Below the pieces are notes generated by a model. The model had not been told where the DNA came from. It made no database searches and was given only the letters and a program-made list of their open reading frames with translations. Below are positions 13,623 to 28,165 of a DNA stretch of 64,000 bases, one piece after another (position 1 is the stretch's first letter; each line of letters starts with the position of its first letter). Origin of the DNA: Octopus sinensis (taxonomy: Eukaryota); assembly GCF_006345805.1 (NCBI RefSeq), contig NC_043002.1, positions 14,074,001-14,138,000 of the forward strand, given 5' to 3'. The position numbers and the translations under genes are program-made.

Positions 13623-14295
13623 ATACAAAATTGGACAAGAACGGAAAGCATCCAGACAGCTAGGTGATACAAAAAAGGGACAGCAAAACATCCAGATAGA
13701 CGATACAAAGAAAACAAGGACAGAAAAAACGGAGAATGTTACACAAATACAAATAACAGGACATAACAACAGGTGTCTTTCGACTAAGGACGAATTAAAC
13801 TAACCTGGCGCGTGTGGAAGTAAAGCCTTACGGCAGGGACACAAGTTTTCACAGGCACAAAATGAAAGGTCAGGTTTGGCCGAACACCGGTCACGTGGGG
13901 AGAGAACAGAGAGAGGTAGAAGCAGAGGGACAGAAGAAATAAGGAAGGGGGAATGGCAGAGACTCAGTGAAGTGAAGAGAGGAGGGAAAGTGAGCATGAA
14001 GAGAGGGCAAGTAAGTGTGAGATAATGGGAACGAAAGAACGAAGAGTGGAATCAACGAAGTAAGTTCGAAAGAGCTGATAGAAAGAAGGAAAGAATAATA
14101 GAAAGAATTGAGTCGTACAACATTTAGCTAAATATATACTTACAAATATGAGACCAAAATGTACGTACGCCGCCGTATATTTTATATATATAAAAATACA
14201 AATTGAGACAAGAACGCAAAACATCCAGGCAGCTAGGTGAAACAAAGAAAGGGACAACAAAACATCCAGATAGATGATACAAAGAAAACAAGGAC
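13623..14295. mobile_element. Non-coding element with ~100-bp terminal direct repeats (Penelope-like partial tandem)
   Basis: 13623-13721 and 14196-14295 are diverged direct repeats flanking a purine-rich core. Confidence 0.65.
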
Positions 14296-14304
14296 GGATC
14301 ATAT

Positions 14305-14327
14305 ATATTATTATTATTATCATTATT

Positions 14328-14393
<66 letters not shown>
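14305..14393. repeat. (ATT)n microsatellite at the 3' end of the Dong-like element
   Basis: Direct reading. Confidence 0.95.
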
Positions 14394-14396
<3 letters not shown>

Positions 14397-15547
14397 TAGT
14401 TTTATTTTTATAGCGTGCTTTCACTTCACTACCGAGCGCAGCTCTGTGTGCCTTGGGTATGTGCTGTGATTTGTTGTGATGCTCTGATGGTTATTGTATG
14501 GAAAGTGTTCTGCGTAAGATGTGTGCAGTGCCTAGTAGTGCAATTTTCTGTATGTTATATGTGTTTGTAAGTCCTGGTGTTTTTGTTATGTATTTGAATA
14601 TTTTTTTATCATGCCTAATGCACCTACAATGATAGGAATTGTTTCTGTTTTCAGATTCCACATTCTAGTTACCTCTATTTCCAGGTCTTTGTATTTTGAG
14701 AGTTTCTCCATTTCTTTTAGAGACACGTTGTCATCAGCCGGTATTGATACATCAATTAGAAAGCATTTTTTTTCTTCATGGTCTCTGACAACTATATCTG
14801 GTCTGTTGGCCTTAATTTCTCTATCTGTGTGTATCGGCATATCCCAGAGTATGGTTGCTTTCTCGTTTTCTGTGACCTTTTCTGGTGTGTGCCTATACCA
14901 TCTTTTTTCTGTTGTTATTCCATAATGTTGGCATAGCTTCCAATGTATGTAGGTTCCAACTCTGTCATGTCTGTGAATATATTCCTTCTTAGCCAGGACT
15001 GGGCAGCTAGAGATAATATGATTTATTGTTTCTTGTCCATCTCCACATATTCTGCAGTTACTTGTAATATTTCTTTTCATTACATGTTTTGGTAACTTCT
15101 GGTGGGGAGGCTTTGGTCTTGTGCTGCAATTAAAAATCCCTCTGTTTCTGCTTTGAGTCCTGAGCTTCTCAACCATTTCTGGGATTTTTCTTTGTCTATT
15201 TCTTTTGCGTTTAGTTTAGTCCAGTATTTACCATGAAGGGGCTTTTCTTGCCATCGTTATATCATGGTTCGTTGCTGTTCTATTTTTAGTTTGGATTTCA
15301 TTTGTTTTATAGCTTTTGTTGTTTCTTCATCTTCTTCTTCTTCTTCTTCATATTTATTAGGTCGTATGATTTCTTGTTTGTATTTGTCAGCTTCCTTAAA
15401 AACTGAGAACAGTTTTTTGTTTTGCTCGTGTTTTGCCGCTATCTGGATCAGTTTTCCTTCCTTCTGAAGTAAATATTTTTGCAGTCCTATGGTTGTTATT
15501 TTATAGTAGTTTTCCAGCTGTATAAGGCCTCTACAATCTTCTATACG
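14394..15547 (-). mobile_element. R4/Dong-clade non-LTR retrotransposon, 5'-truncated (restriction-like endonuclease domain)
   Basis: ORF 14586-15176: CRICG..ETINHIISSC (CCHC), RHD, RPDIVV, IDVSIP, KY..L; flanked on both sides by (TAA)n. Confidence 0.92.
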
Positions 15548-15565
15548 TTATTATTATTATTATTA

Positions 15566-15614
<49 letters not shown>

Positions 15615-15615
15615 G

Positions 15616-15649
<34 letters not shown>

Positions 15650-15652
15650 GTA
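15548..15652. repeat. (TTA)n microsatellite
   Basis: Direct reading. Confidence 0.95.
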
Positions 15653-15804
15653 GGGATTATAATTCAAAAACTTATAGGGAAAAATTCAATCGATTAAACA
15701 ATTCAATAATGAAAGATGTTATTCACACCATATAGAACAAATATACTATGAAAACCTTATTCTAAAAATCAATAAAGTATATATTCTCTCAGTTGGCAAA
15801 AATG

Positions 15805-15966
15805 AGTTGTACCTATATTTCAAAGAGCCAGCCATGTTACACTCTATGTCACTCTCCCTGAGAAAAACGTTAAGGGTACACGTGTCTGAATCGTACTCAG
15901 CTACATGCACGTTAATTTCACGAGCAGGCTTCTCCGTTCATCGGATCAACAGAAACCCTCGTCGTA
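15805..15966 (-). mobile_element. SINE internal-domain fragment (Ceph/Nin-like)
   Basis: Reverse complement gcctgctcgtgaaattaacgtgca...cacgtgtacccttaacg matches a cephalopod SINE central domain as I recall it. Confidence 0.5.
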
Positions 15967-16000
15967 GTAAATGTCAGAGTGTCATTAATAATATATATAT

Positions 16001-16398
16001 GGAGTGGTTGTGTGGTAAGTAGCTTGCTAACCAACCACATGGTTCCGGGTTCAGTCCCACTGCGTGGCATCTTGGGCAAGTGTCTTCTGCTATAGCCCCG
16101 GGCCGACCAATGCCTTGTGAGTGGATTTAGTAGACGGAAACTGAAAGAAGCCTGTCGTATATATGTATGTGTGTGTATGTGATTGTGTGTCTGTGTTTGT
16201 CCCCCTAGCATTGCTTGACAGCCGATGCTGGTGTGTTTACGTTCCCATCACTTAGCGGTTAGGCAAAAGAGACCGATAGAATAAGTACTGGGCTTACAAA
16301 GAATAAGTCCCGGGGTCGATTTGCTCGACTAAAGGCGATGCTCCAGCATGGCCGCAGTCAAATGACTGAAACAAGTAAAAGAGTAAAGAGTAAAGAGT
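16001..16398 (+). mobile_element. SINE family A
   Basis: Complete head ggagtggttgtgtggtaag to tail (gagtaaa)n. Confidence 0.93.
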
Positions 16399-16404
16399 AT
16401 ATAT

Positions 16405-16555
16405 ATATATATAGGGAGAATTCACAAAAAGCAAAATACGAAGACAGGTGGTGTAGACAACAAACAGATGTATTAGTATAACGCTTGAGAAGTGAAAAGA
16501 ATTTTAACGTTTCTGGGATATTAATTAATAATATCCCTTCATCGGAGACGGTGTC
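16405..16555 (-). mobile_element. Non-coding repeat family P3 with a degenerate hammerhead (CCGAUGA-A-GGGAUAUU...AAUAUCCC-A-GAA-ACGU-U)
   Basis: Reverse complement is homologous to 54570-54668; hammerhead-like motif at 16502-16550. Confidence 0.65.
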
Positions 16556-16649
16556 AGACGAAAATTAAGTCATAGTTAGTTTAGATGTGATACAAAATAG
16601 AGAGTGATGTGGAGGAAAGAAAATAGATGTAAGATATGTATGGGTATTG

Positions 16650-17131
16650 AAGTTGTAAATCCGTTTTATAGGCATAATGGTATATATGCAATATTCCAAT
16701 ATCCTTCGAGTAAAGTCCAAAAGTCCAACAGAGTTTAATATGAGTCCTTCCAAATATAGAGTTTATTTTTACTAATCTTCTCTCTCTGTTTGTCTTTCAT
16801 TTTTTGTTTCTCGCCTCTTTTTTCTCTTTTTTTTTCTTTTTATTTCATTCCTCTCTTCCTGTTTTCAATTTGACAAGACTAATATACTCCCTATTTCTAG
16901 GTTATTTTAAATACTAATATTTGACTCTGCACCACTGTATATAAATTTCTTATTGGGAATGACCAAGTTTAAAAATCTGCTGGATCGCACTCATAAGGGA
17001 ATCTTACATTGCTTATAAACTCTATATTTGGAAGGATTCATATTAAACTCTGTTGGACTTTTGGATTTTACTCAAAGGATATTGGAATATTGCATATATA
17101 CCATTATGCCTATAAAACGGATTTACAACTT
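16650..17131. repeat. Inverted repeat, 117-bp arms, ~250-bp spacer
   Basis: 16650-16766 equals the reverse complement of 17015-17131 with 3 mismatches. Confidence 0.92.
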
Positions 17132-17266
17132 ATCCGTACAGCTCAAAGTAAGATTTATAAATCAAAATAAGCAAGAGGATATCCAGTAGTAGTAGTAGAG
17201 TTCGACCGTTTCAAGCGACACCATTTAATTGAACAATGGAATCATTACATCAGTTTAAATGCAGAG

Positions 17267-17309
<43 letters not shown>

Positions 17310-17805
17310 AAAGTAAGCATATAAATGTGAATCAAGGTGAGGTGGGAAGAAATAGTACTTGAATACCGGACATAGAGTAAAATGCTTTAAACTGCAAAAA
17401 CACCACAAAGATGTCAGAAAATTTTGCACTCAAAGTTTCCCGTTCCCGTTCGTTGGACAGTTGTTATTGAGAACACAACTGTCTTAGAAGCAGTTTTTGT
17501 GATAATTATGTGATGGTCTTGCAGCTTTCATAATAAAGTGTATACATACACATTAATATGTATAAACATACAAATATATGTGTATGTGTATGTTTGTGTA
17601 TATACGATCTACAAGCAACGGCAATTGAAAATGATAAAATATAAGAGAGACGAGAGGTAAAATGAAAACTGAAGCGTATTGTTCATATTTGCATTGTGTC
17701 CTCACGGAGAATATCTTACTCCCAAGGCACAAATCTGATGCTCAGTTATGGCGATTACAAAACTGGCTTTTCATCAATTGACTGTGACCTTACTGCTTCA
17801 TATAT

Positions 17806-17973
17806 TCATTTCGGCTTTGGAAAATCACGAAGAGCGGTATTGTTGAGGATCACCACCTGATTCTCACTAGATTTCTGGTTTATGTTGTATGAACTGTAAC
17901 ATATCATTTTGACAATGTTCAGCCCATTTGTCATGAATTGCTCGTTTGTTTCTGATATGTAAACTTGTACGTG
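17806..17973 (-). CDS. Candidate terminal exon of an unknown gene (HVQVYISE...DFPKPK*)
   Basis: Strong acceptor tttctcccttcctcacag, phase 0, non-repetitive sequence; no recognisable domain. Confidence 0.2.
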   Translation of the reverse strand, partial: HVQVYISETNEQFMTNGLNIVKMICYSSYNINQKSSENQVVILNNTALRDFPKPK

Positions 17974-18813
17974 CTGTGAGGAAGGGAGAAACACGTACAG
18001 GATTTGTGTTATGAATTGAATGAATGTTTTCATATAATCATATAGCTATGCGCATATACGCACATGAACACACATGCACACACCTACACATATGTATATG
18101 ATATAAGAAATATAAACAGACAGGTATAGCAGAATTTGCTTATATGCACATAAGGAAATAAGCACAACTGAAATTATGAACATTGATAAATAAGGAACAA
18201 AGTAAGCTTCATAATACACGTATAAATACACATACATGTATACAATGCGTGAATAAAGTTTAAAAAGGTGTCTTCATCAATTGTGTGTGTGAATATAGAC
18301 ATGAAAATGCTAATAATTTTAAAGTGTGTACTTCATAACTTAGTAAAAGCGAACATATGTGTCTATAATGACAAGACTAATTTGTTCATTGTGCAAAGAA
18401 CATACTTATTTTAATAAGAAGGGGGAATGGAACGTGATGTCATGCAGCGTATACACAGAGGACAATCACTTAACTCTATGTTGTGAATCATAATTTAAGC
18501 TTTTCTTATATATTCACTGATAATACGATTATGCGATTTTCAGAATTTTAAGTCTAGCTCAATAATTTCCTGTTACTATTGAAGCCATTGTCTGATGTAT
18601 ACCCTGTAGCATCTTAATAAAAGCGAGAATCCATGCAAACTCTATGAACATCGCCAAAATCTTACAAAGATACCAGGAATTGTTATTGAAACGACCTTTA
18701 GTGAAATAAGCGTAACTCAGACGATTAAAAGACCATATGCGGTTATACATACATACACACACACACATAAATACATACACATTCGTACATACATATATAC
18801 ATATATACATATG

Positions 18814-18848
<35 letters not shown>

Positions 18849-19636
18849 TTATATGAATAGCATATTAGCTAGTTAGAATATCTCTATAACAGATGAAAGC
18901 AATAACTGCGCATCTTCTAGATGGTTATTCGGTGCAATCGGCACCTGATATATATTGCAAGCAATTGAGTGAACTCCTACCATCTTCCAGCCACGAGACC
19001 ACCAGACCTTACGGTTTCGCCCTCTCAGTAGACATCATCGGTTGTGGATACTTGTTAGTTAGAGATAGCGGTAATTCATTCTATCTCGTAATATAGAGAA
19101 AATAAGTGACACCCGGCGACGAGATTAGCCAGTAAGAGAATCTTTATAAGAGATGAAAGCATTAACTTTACTGAGAAGTAATGTTTATCGCCACTTCAAC
19201 ATGGCGATATATATCGGGTGCAGATAGCAATGAATAACCATCCGGAAGTTAAAATGGTATTAACGTCGGTTCCTAAGAAACAGCCATGTTGAAAGTCGAT
19301 AAACACGACCGTTAGCCACTACACATATTTTTTCTCGTCCAGCTGGGGGTAACACATACGCCACAGAAACAGGGAAACCGGGCCCATGAGCCTGGCTAGG
19401 CCTGAAAAGGGCATCGTTTATCGTTTTTATAATATTTTAATAGGAATGAAACATGCCGTTTGTTTCCAAACGTATAAAAATGCATAAAGACCTTGAAAAT
19501 TCAGAGTTTTCAAAATAAGTAGGAATATATTAAGAATAAGTCCTTCTTGATTGGTGTTAGTTGAGCGAGCATAGCTTTTATAACAAGCAGGTATGAACCC
19601 ACGTACAATTACTAACATTAATTGACTTGTGTTTAC

Positions 19637-19834
19637 CGTGTATAAAATTGTAGATGTATTTTCGAAAAAGTTGATATGCCTGGAGCCTATTTGTGCGACA
19701 GAAATCATGTTTTGTGAGGACACAATTACTGCCGAATGAGACTGGGGAGGTAAAGCAATTTCCTTATCTAGAAATGTTTCATCATCTAATAATGCCAGAC
19801 AGTTTTTAATCGGCCGTAGGACAAAACATCTCTC
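19637..19834 (-). CDS. Candidate internal exon, 198 nt (ERCFVLRP...TSTILYT)
   Basis: attacag acceptor, ACG|gtaaac donor, a single open frame, phase 0/0; no confident homology. Confidence 0.2.
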
Positions 19835-19964
19835 CTGTAATATCAATGTGTATTATCTATTTATCGATCTATCTAGAAATATCGGTCTTTTTATGTTTTG
19901 TTTTAGACATCCTATTTCTGTGCGCATAAATATAGAAATGACATGAAGCCGACACCCACCACAC

Positions 19965-20018
19965 ATATAGTATATATATGTGTGTGTGTGTGTGTGTATA
20001 TATGTATATATATATATA

Positions 20019-20073
<55 letters not shown>

Positions 20074-20257
20074 GTGTGTATATATGTATATATATATGTA
20101 TGCCTATATATATATATATATATATGGATATGTATACACGCACATATATATACATATATATATGCATACATATATACATATATATGTATATATATACATA
20201 CAGATATATAAATATATGTGCGTGTATACATATCCATATATATATGCATACATATAT

Positions 20258-20301
<44 letters not shown>

Positions 20302-20355
20302 TACAGATATATATATATATATATGTGCGTGTATACATATCCATATATATATATG

Positions 20356-20395
<40 letters not shown>

Positions 20396-20640
20396 ATATA
20401 TATGTATACATATATATATACACATATATATCCGTGTGGTTGTTTGTATGTGTGCGTTTGTATGTGTTTGTATGTGTTTGTATGTGTGTTTATTCATACA
20501 CATACACACCGATATACATATCGTATTATATATGCATGTATCTGATTTTGTACTCATACACGTATATATACCTGTGTCTGCGTACGTATTTGTGTGTCAA
20601 ATGTAATATATGTGTGTTACGTGTGTGTGTGTGTGTATGT
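19965..20640. repeat. Long compound microsatellite with higher-order ~105-bp units, one inverted
   Basis: atatgtgcgtgtatacatatcc occurs twice (about 20215 and 20322) and once as its reverse complement (about 20126). Confidence 0.85.
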
Positions 20641-21471
20641 GTTTTCTTGTTTGAGAAACAATACATGTTTTTTCGGGACAAAACAACCACCTACCACGAG
20701 CCCCCCCACTTTAGTTATTGGCTAATCAATGAACTACAGACCCGGCAATAATCAATCAATCTCTTTTGAAACCAACGGACTACACAGTTTAGCTATATCA
20801 AACAACATAACAAACGAAAAAAGAAAATCAAATTATTGAATTGTACTTTTGTACTGAGGTGAAGTAACCCTGAGCTACGTGATGGCTTTATTGTATTTTT
20901 TTTTTTTTTTGGCAAGTGCAAACGACAATTCCATGTAAGCTTCAGGCTTATAAAACCTCTTCAACGACGGGTCGCATCCGCTGTACATGATAAAATAATT
21001 ATAACTGTTAAAAAATCGTTATGCGCGACTGAAGCGTTATTAGATTAAAACAGCCATCTCTGCATCATACTTAATGCATTTATATCACGGAAGGTAAACT
21101 AATAGCCTATGTATTTACTGTGTTTGAAAATATTTATCAGTAGCTAGCGGGAATTGTCCAGCAGTGGCGTTGAGAAGGTTTGATGCTCATATCACAAGAC
21201 ACATATGTTACAGGTGACACAAAGGTACACAAACTGTTTCTTAGTGTTCTGTGTAGCAAGGACTTAAATATTGATTGCGACCGAAAAACGTCTTATATTT
21301 TACAGTCATTCGTTTCGTGATAATGAGGTGAAGCAGATGGTAACAGAAGATTTATCGTTTCTTTTTCTTAGTTAACGTTTTCTATCAGCGCACAACGTGC
21401 GTGTGCTGTTAAAATATTTAGTGAGATGTGAATCTGGGAGATTTTCCTGCGCCCCATATTTACTTTATATG

Positions 21472-21993
21472 CTGTAAATCCTCGAGTATAATCCGCATTA
21501 TTTCCACAAAATTTAAAGGTCAAAATCCCCAGTGCGTACTATACACGAGGTTAAAAATGAAAATGATTTTCTCAGCAATGTCCGAGGCTCTATTTGCTGT
21601 CCGGCAATGTTTATTCAGACGCATTTTGTGATGTCGGGCACGAAAATACCTTAAGCTAAACCTGAAAACAATGAAAGGCTCATCCATAAAGGGCTCATCC
21701 ATAACTTGCAGTAAGCAACATTTATTAAACGTTATTACTGTTATTTCTTTACTTTCTGTAAACAAAATGTAGAAAAAAGCTACACATTTGCATTATGTTA
21801 TATATACAATAATAATAAAGGACATTAGCGTATACAGTTTTACAAACCAAGGACGTTATATAGAGACCTCCTTGACTCAAGTTAGAGAAGGAGAGTGTAT
21901 TATACACAAGGTTTAGGTTTTTCAGAGGTACAGCCCCACTAAAAATGCCCTGCGTATTATACCCAAGGGCGGACAATACTCGAGGATTTATGG
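21472..21993. mobile_element. pogo/Tigger-like MITE
   Basis: TIRs ctgtaaatcctcgagtata...atactcgaggatttatgg with TA flank; homologous to 51227-51747. Confidence 0.85.
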
Positions 21994-22387
21994 TATGTTC
22001 CTCGTACCCCATGAGTTGAGTCTAGATTTCGATTATTTCTCCTGTAAATATTCACTTTCAGACATTTCTGTGAGAATCATTACTGTAAATCGTATCGAAT
22101 CTCGCTATTATTGTTGCCGTCAGTTTCATTGTCATATTAACAAAAGACATAATATAAATCGGTGAAGATTTCAATGGTAAATTCTTTTTGCTACTGCAAG
22201 GGTACCAGCGAGCCAAAAATAAAGGAAAACATTATTTGCAGATAATTTACCAGACAGGGTATCTATGCCTCTTACAAATCGCTCCGTGCTCATATAAAAT
22301 GATTTAAAAAAAAATTCATTGCAATTATTGAAATATGTTAAATGCTGGAGAATGACGATATAACACTTGCAATACTGACATTTATTT

Positions 22388-22560
22388 AAGGCAGCGGGTT
22401 GGTCCAATTGCTAGCACACCGGGCTAAAAGCTTAGCGATTTTTCATCAATCTTTGCGTTCTGAGTTCGAATTCCACCCAAGGTCGGCTTTGCTTTTTACA
22501 TTTTTTGGGCGATAAAATAAATACCAGTTGAGCCATGAAGTTAATGTAAAAGGCTTAATC
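22388..22560 (+). mobile_element. SINE family B (Deu/Nin-like domain), degenerate
   Basis: ggcagcgggttgg...gttctgagttcgaattcc...gataaaataaataccagt. Confidence 0.7.
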
Positions 22561-22689
22561 ATCTGGCTTCGCGTCTAAATTTTCAAGCAAGTATTTACTT
22601 TTTATTAAGTTCTAATTCTAAATGCATTCTAAATGCCTAATTTTCTTTTCATTCTGTTAAGTTGTATATATATATATATATATCTATCT

Positions 22690-22845
22690 GAGACTCCCCG
22701 CCGCTCTCGGTCATGACTGACCATGGGATTGCACCTAGAAAGTTACCCTCCCAGACACAAGTCCAGGCAAGCTTGTTTATGGAAGACCAGCAGTCGCCCA
22801 TGCATAACGGCCTCCTGTCTCCACGCTACCAGTATTATCCAATTT
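22690..22845 (-). mobile_element. SINE family D / RTE 3' tail fragment
   Basis: Homologous to 12895-13020. Confidence 0.75.
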
Positions 22846-23099
22846 GAAATAAGTATAATCATCTTCATCCTCCTCCATCTCCTCTACTTTCTCCTATCCT
22901 CCCCTCATCCTCCTCATCATCGTCAAGTGCGTAATGCATTTTAAATTATAATTTATAGTACTTGTGACAGAGACGATACTTCATCATAGAACTCTTGTCT
23001 ACCAATGTGTTTTTTTTTCTTTACTTTCACTTCCGAATTGTATTCTACAGAATTTATTGCAGTCTTGCACTGATACTATCACAGTACAATGCATATTAT

Positions 23100-25440
<2,341 letters not shown>

Positions 25441-26224
25441 ATTGTATATGTCTTGTGTTGAAAGTTTAAATAACCCACTTATTGGTAGTGCTAATATGGG
25501 TAGCAGAAAAAAAAGTTAATTAGAGATAATGATACGATAAAGAGTGGTGCAATGACCTCAGTACAGCAACAAAAAGGCAACATCCACCAATGTCAAATAT
25601 CTTGCAACCCATGCAAGTATATCGTGGCTTAATTTTGAGAAATCCCTCAAACTTGGCTATCCAGTTAAAACTTTGCTAACATCAACGAGCTTTCGATATC
25701 ATTGATATCATCATCGATATGTCCGGTCGATGATAGTTCACTTCAAATTCAACATAATTTAATCAGTATAAAACCAGTTGTTGGTTTATGTTGTTGCCAT
25801 GGGTTATCATACATATTATGTCAATAATAACGCGAAAAATTTCCTACATCTGGCAATTTTTGAGTTATGGGTTGTGAATGTAAATCACGTTTTATATATA
25901 TACATGCTTGAGACATCTTAAACGAATGACGGAAAACATTGCTAAGAGTATATTTAACATCATTTTTCACGTTAAACACCTATGGAAATAGAAACTGCAA
26001 GAATTGCATTTTATAGAATACATCTTCTCATTCTTTTCCAAACACGAAGCCCACGGAAATTTTGTTTTAAATTCCTTAACCTGTCATATTTTTCAGTCAT
26101 ATATTGTAGAAATAGATATCTCCCTTTTAAAATATAGTGTGATTGTTCGTGATAAACATTATCAAATACACTTCAACGGTGAAAGTAATATTGGTTTCAA
26201 AGTTTGTCACAGGTTCTGCAAGTT

Positions 26225-26525
26225 CTGGGAAGGAGTAAGTCGATTACATCAATCCCAGTGCTCAATTGGTACTTATTCTATCGATTCTGAAGAACGAAAG
26301 GCAAAGTCAATCTCAGCAAAAAATGAACTCAGAATATAAAGACGGACGGATGTGTGGAAGAAATAATGGCGTCAAGTTTTGGCACAAGACCAGCAGTTTT
26401 AGAGGAGTGGGTAAGTCGATTACATCGACCCCTGTATTAAACTAGTACTTATTTCAACGATCACGATAGGATGAAACGCAAAGTCGATCCCTAATGTAAA
26501 GACGGATGAAAGTGTGAAAGAAATA
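26225..26525 (-). mobile_element. Two degenerate SINE family B fragments
   Basis: gtaagtcgattacatc...tacttatt...aaagtc occurs at about 26235 and 26410. Confidence 0.65.
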
Positions 26526-27419
26526 CTGGCAAATACTTCGATCAGCTGTGATCACAAATAAACCGAATTATTTCCAGCACATTTCTTGTACGTCCTGGGA
26601 ATTTTTGAAAGGAGAAATATTCTCTGAAGACTGATAACTGCCATTTTACTGACTTGTTGTTCATATCAACTTTGTATTATGATACTGCAAGTTTAATATT
26701 GACCTGTTCAATATCAGCAATGTTCACCATTTCTGAAAAAGACTTGAACATTTTCCGAACATGGTCATATGTAATCGAATATCCAAGCACTCATAAAGTG
26801 TATTAAGCCATTTTTATTCCAAAAGAGAATAACTTAAAGTGAAATTTTTACACATTGTTTTGGCTTCCGATTTACAATGCTGCCGTCTTACTATTTGAAT
26901 TTTCTCAGAGATCTTTAAGAAACTAAAACAATTATTATGCATGAAAATAACCTTAAAATGCACCGAAAGCTGGGGGTTCGAGTTTCTTACGTTTCGTCGA
27001 GCCGCTCCACCGCTTCTTCCCGAGTGAAAGAAAAAAATATATTTTCCAACATTACCAATTTATGGTTAAAATGTATGTGCCTCTGTTATATTGACTTTCT
27101 TCTCTTAGTCTTCAAAATATTATCAAGAATTGATAAACTATCCATGTCACCGATTCAAATTGGCCTTATTGCTTGATACTCTGCGGACACCTTTCAGAGA
27201 ATAAAATGTAGATTGGTAAGTATATTTGGAATTCTACATCTTGGACATCCAGAAATTTCATGGCTCTTGTAAAATGCCAAAATATCCAACTTCAGTACGG
27301 TTGACGCTGGCCTTTCTCCCACAGCTTTGAGAGAACTAGCTGCATATCAGTGTTTTTAAAGATTGTTCGTAGCTCGTTATTGGAGTCCTGTATGTTATTA
27401 TATCCATTATCTTGTTTCG

Positions 27420-27736
27420 TATGCTTCCTTGTTCCTCGTCAATCACCAACTGGGAGGAAACGGCAAAAACAGACCACTCTTCTGGAAAACCACCATCCAT
27501 GAGGGAACGGCGAATTTCGAGTCGAAGAGGTCTGCAGAGCTGGAGGAGAAAAGACGACGACGGAAGGAGCGCCAACAACAACCACGTGCGACTCTCCCTT
27601 CCGGCACTAGATGTCCGCACTGTGACCGATCTTTTCGAGCAAGAATTGGTCTTATCAGTCACCTGCGGACTCACCAATACATTTGCGCGAAGACCATCAT
27701 CCTCGACCTTGAGGGATTGCCATAGTAGTAGTAGTG
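27420..27736 (+). mobile_element. RTE-clade LINE 3' end with C2H2 finger
   Basis: CPHCDRSFRARIGLISHLRTH, followed by a short UTR and (TAG)n tail. Confidence 0.9.
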
Positions 27737-27860
27737 TTCCTCGTACTGAGCAGTGATAATATATTTCGTTGGCTACATGAAAAATAACCGAAGCAAACAC
27801 ACGAACATTTAACTTGATGTTTATTGCCGGACATTTATATTTGATGATGGCTATCTACAA

Positions 27861-28165
27861 CGTTGTTGTTGTTCTTCTTTGTTCGTTCTCGAGATTGCCT
27901 GTCTCATAAGGGTCGGTTTCCTGGTTTTATTGCTATATATGTTCCCCACCAAGACGAGACGCAGGTCCACCTCAGGAAGCTGCAATATGCAGGAGGAAAG
28001 TGTGGGAGAAAGTTATGGCGAAAGAGTCAGCAGAAGTTCGCCATTACCTTCAGCCGGAGCAGCGTGTATCATTCATAAACACCCGCATCACCCGGTCTGA
28101 GATTTGAACTCGCGATCCCACGACCGTGATTCCGCCGCTCTAACCACCAGGCCATGTGCCTTCAA
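27861..28165 (-). mobile_element. tRNA-derived SINE family C
   Basis: Head GAAGGCACATGGCCTGGTGGTTAGAGC...GAGTTCAAATC; homologous to 60796-61099; diverged 12-bp TSD ggctatctacaa/ggttatttacaa. Confidence 0.9.

Noticed and set aside
15910-15950. CCGATGA...GAAA on the minus strand
   Set aside because: Lies in a SINE internal domain; no cleavage triplet or stem I.
17964-18001. tgtacgtg-CTGTGAG...GAAA-cacgtaca as a hammerhead
   Set aside because: The core lacks A6, there is no stem II, and stem III is not palindromic; a simple hairpin overlapping a splice-acceptor-like tract.
18885-19170. Direct repeat agatgaaagca.taact 258 bp apart
   Set aside because: Too short and isolated to define an LTR or TSD.
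27199-27324. 18-nt micro-exon plus 108-nt intron with good splice sites
   Set aside because: The downstream frame runs out of frame into an RTE fragment or stops early; likely chance.
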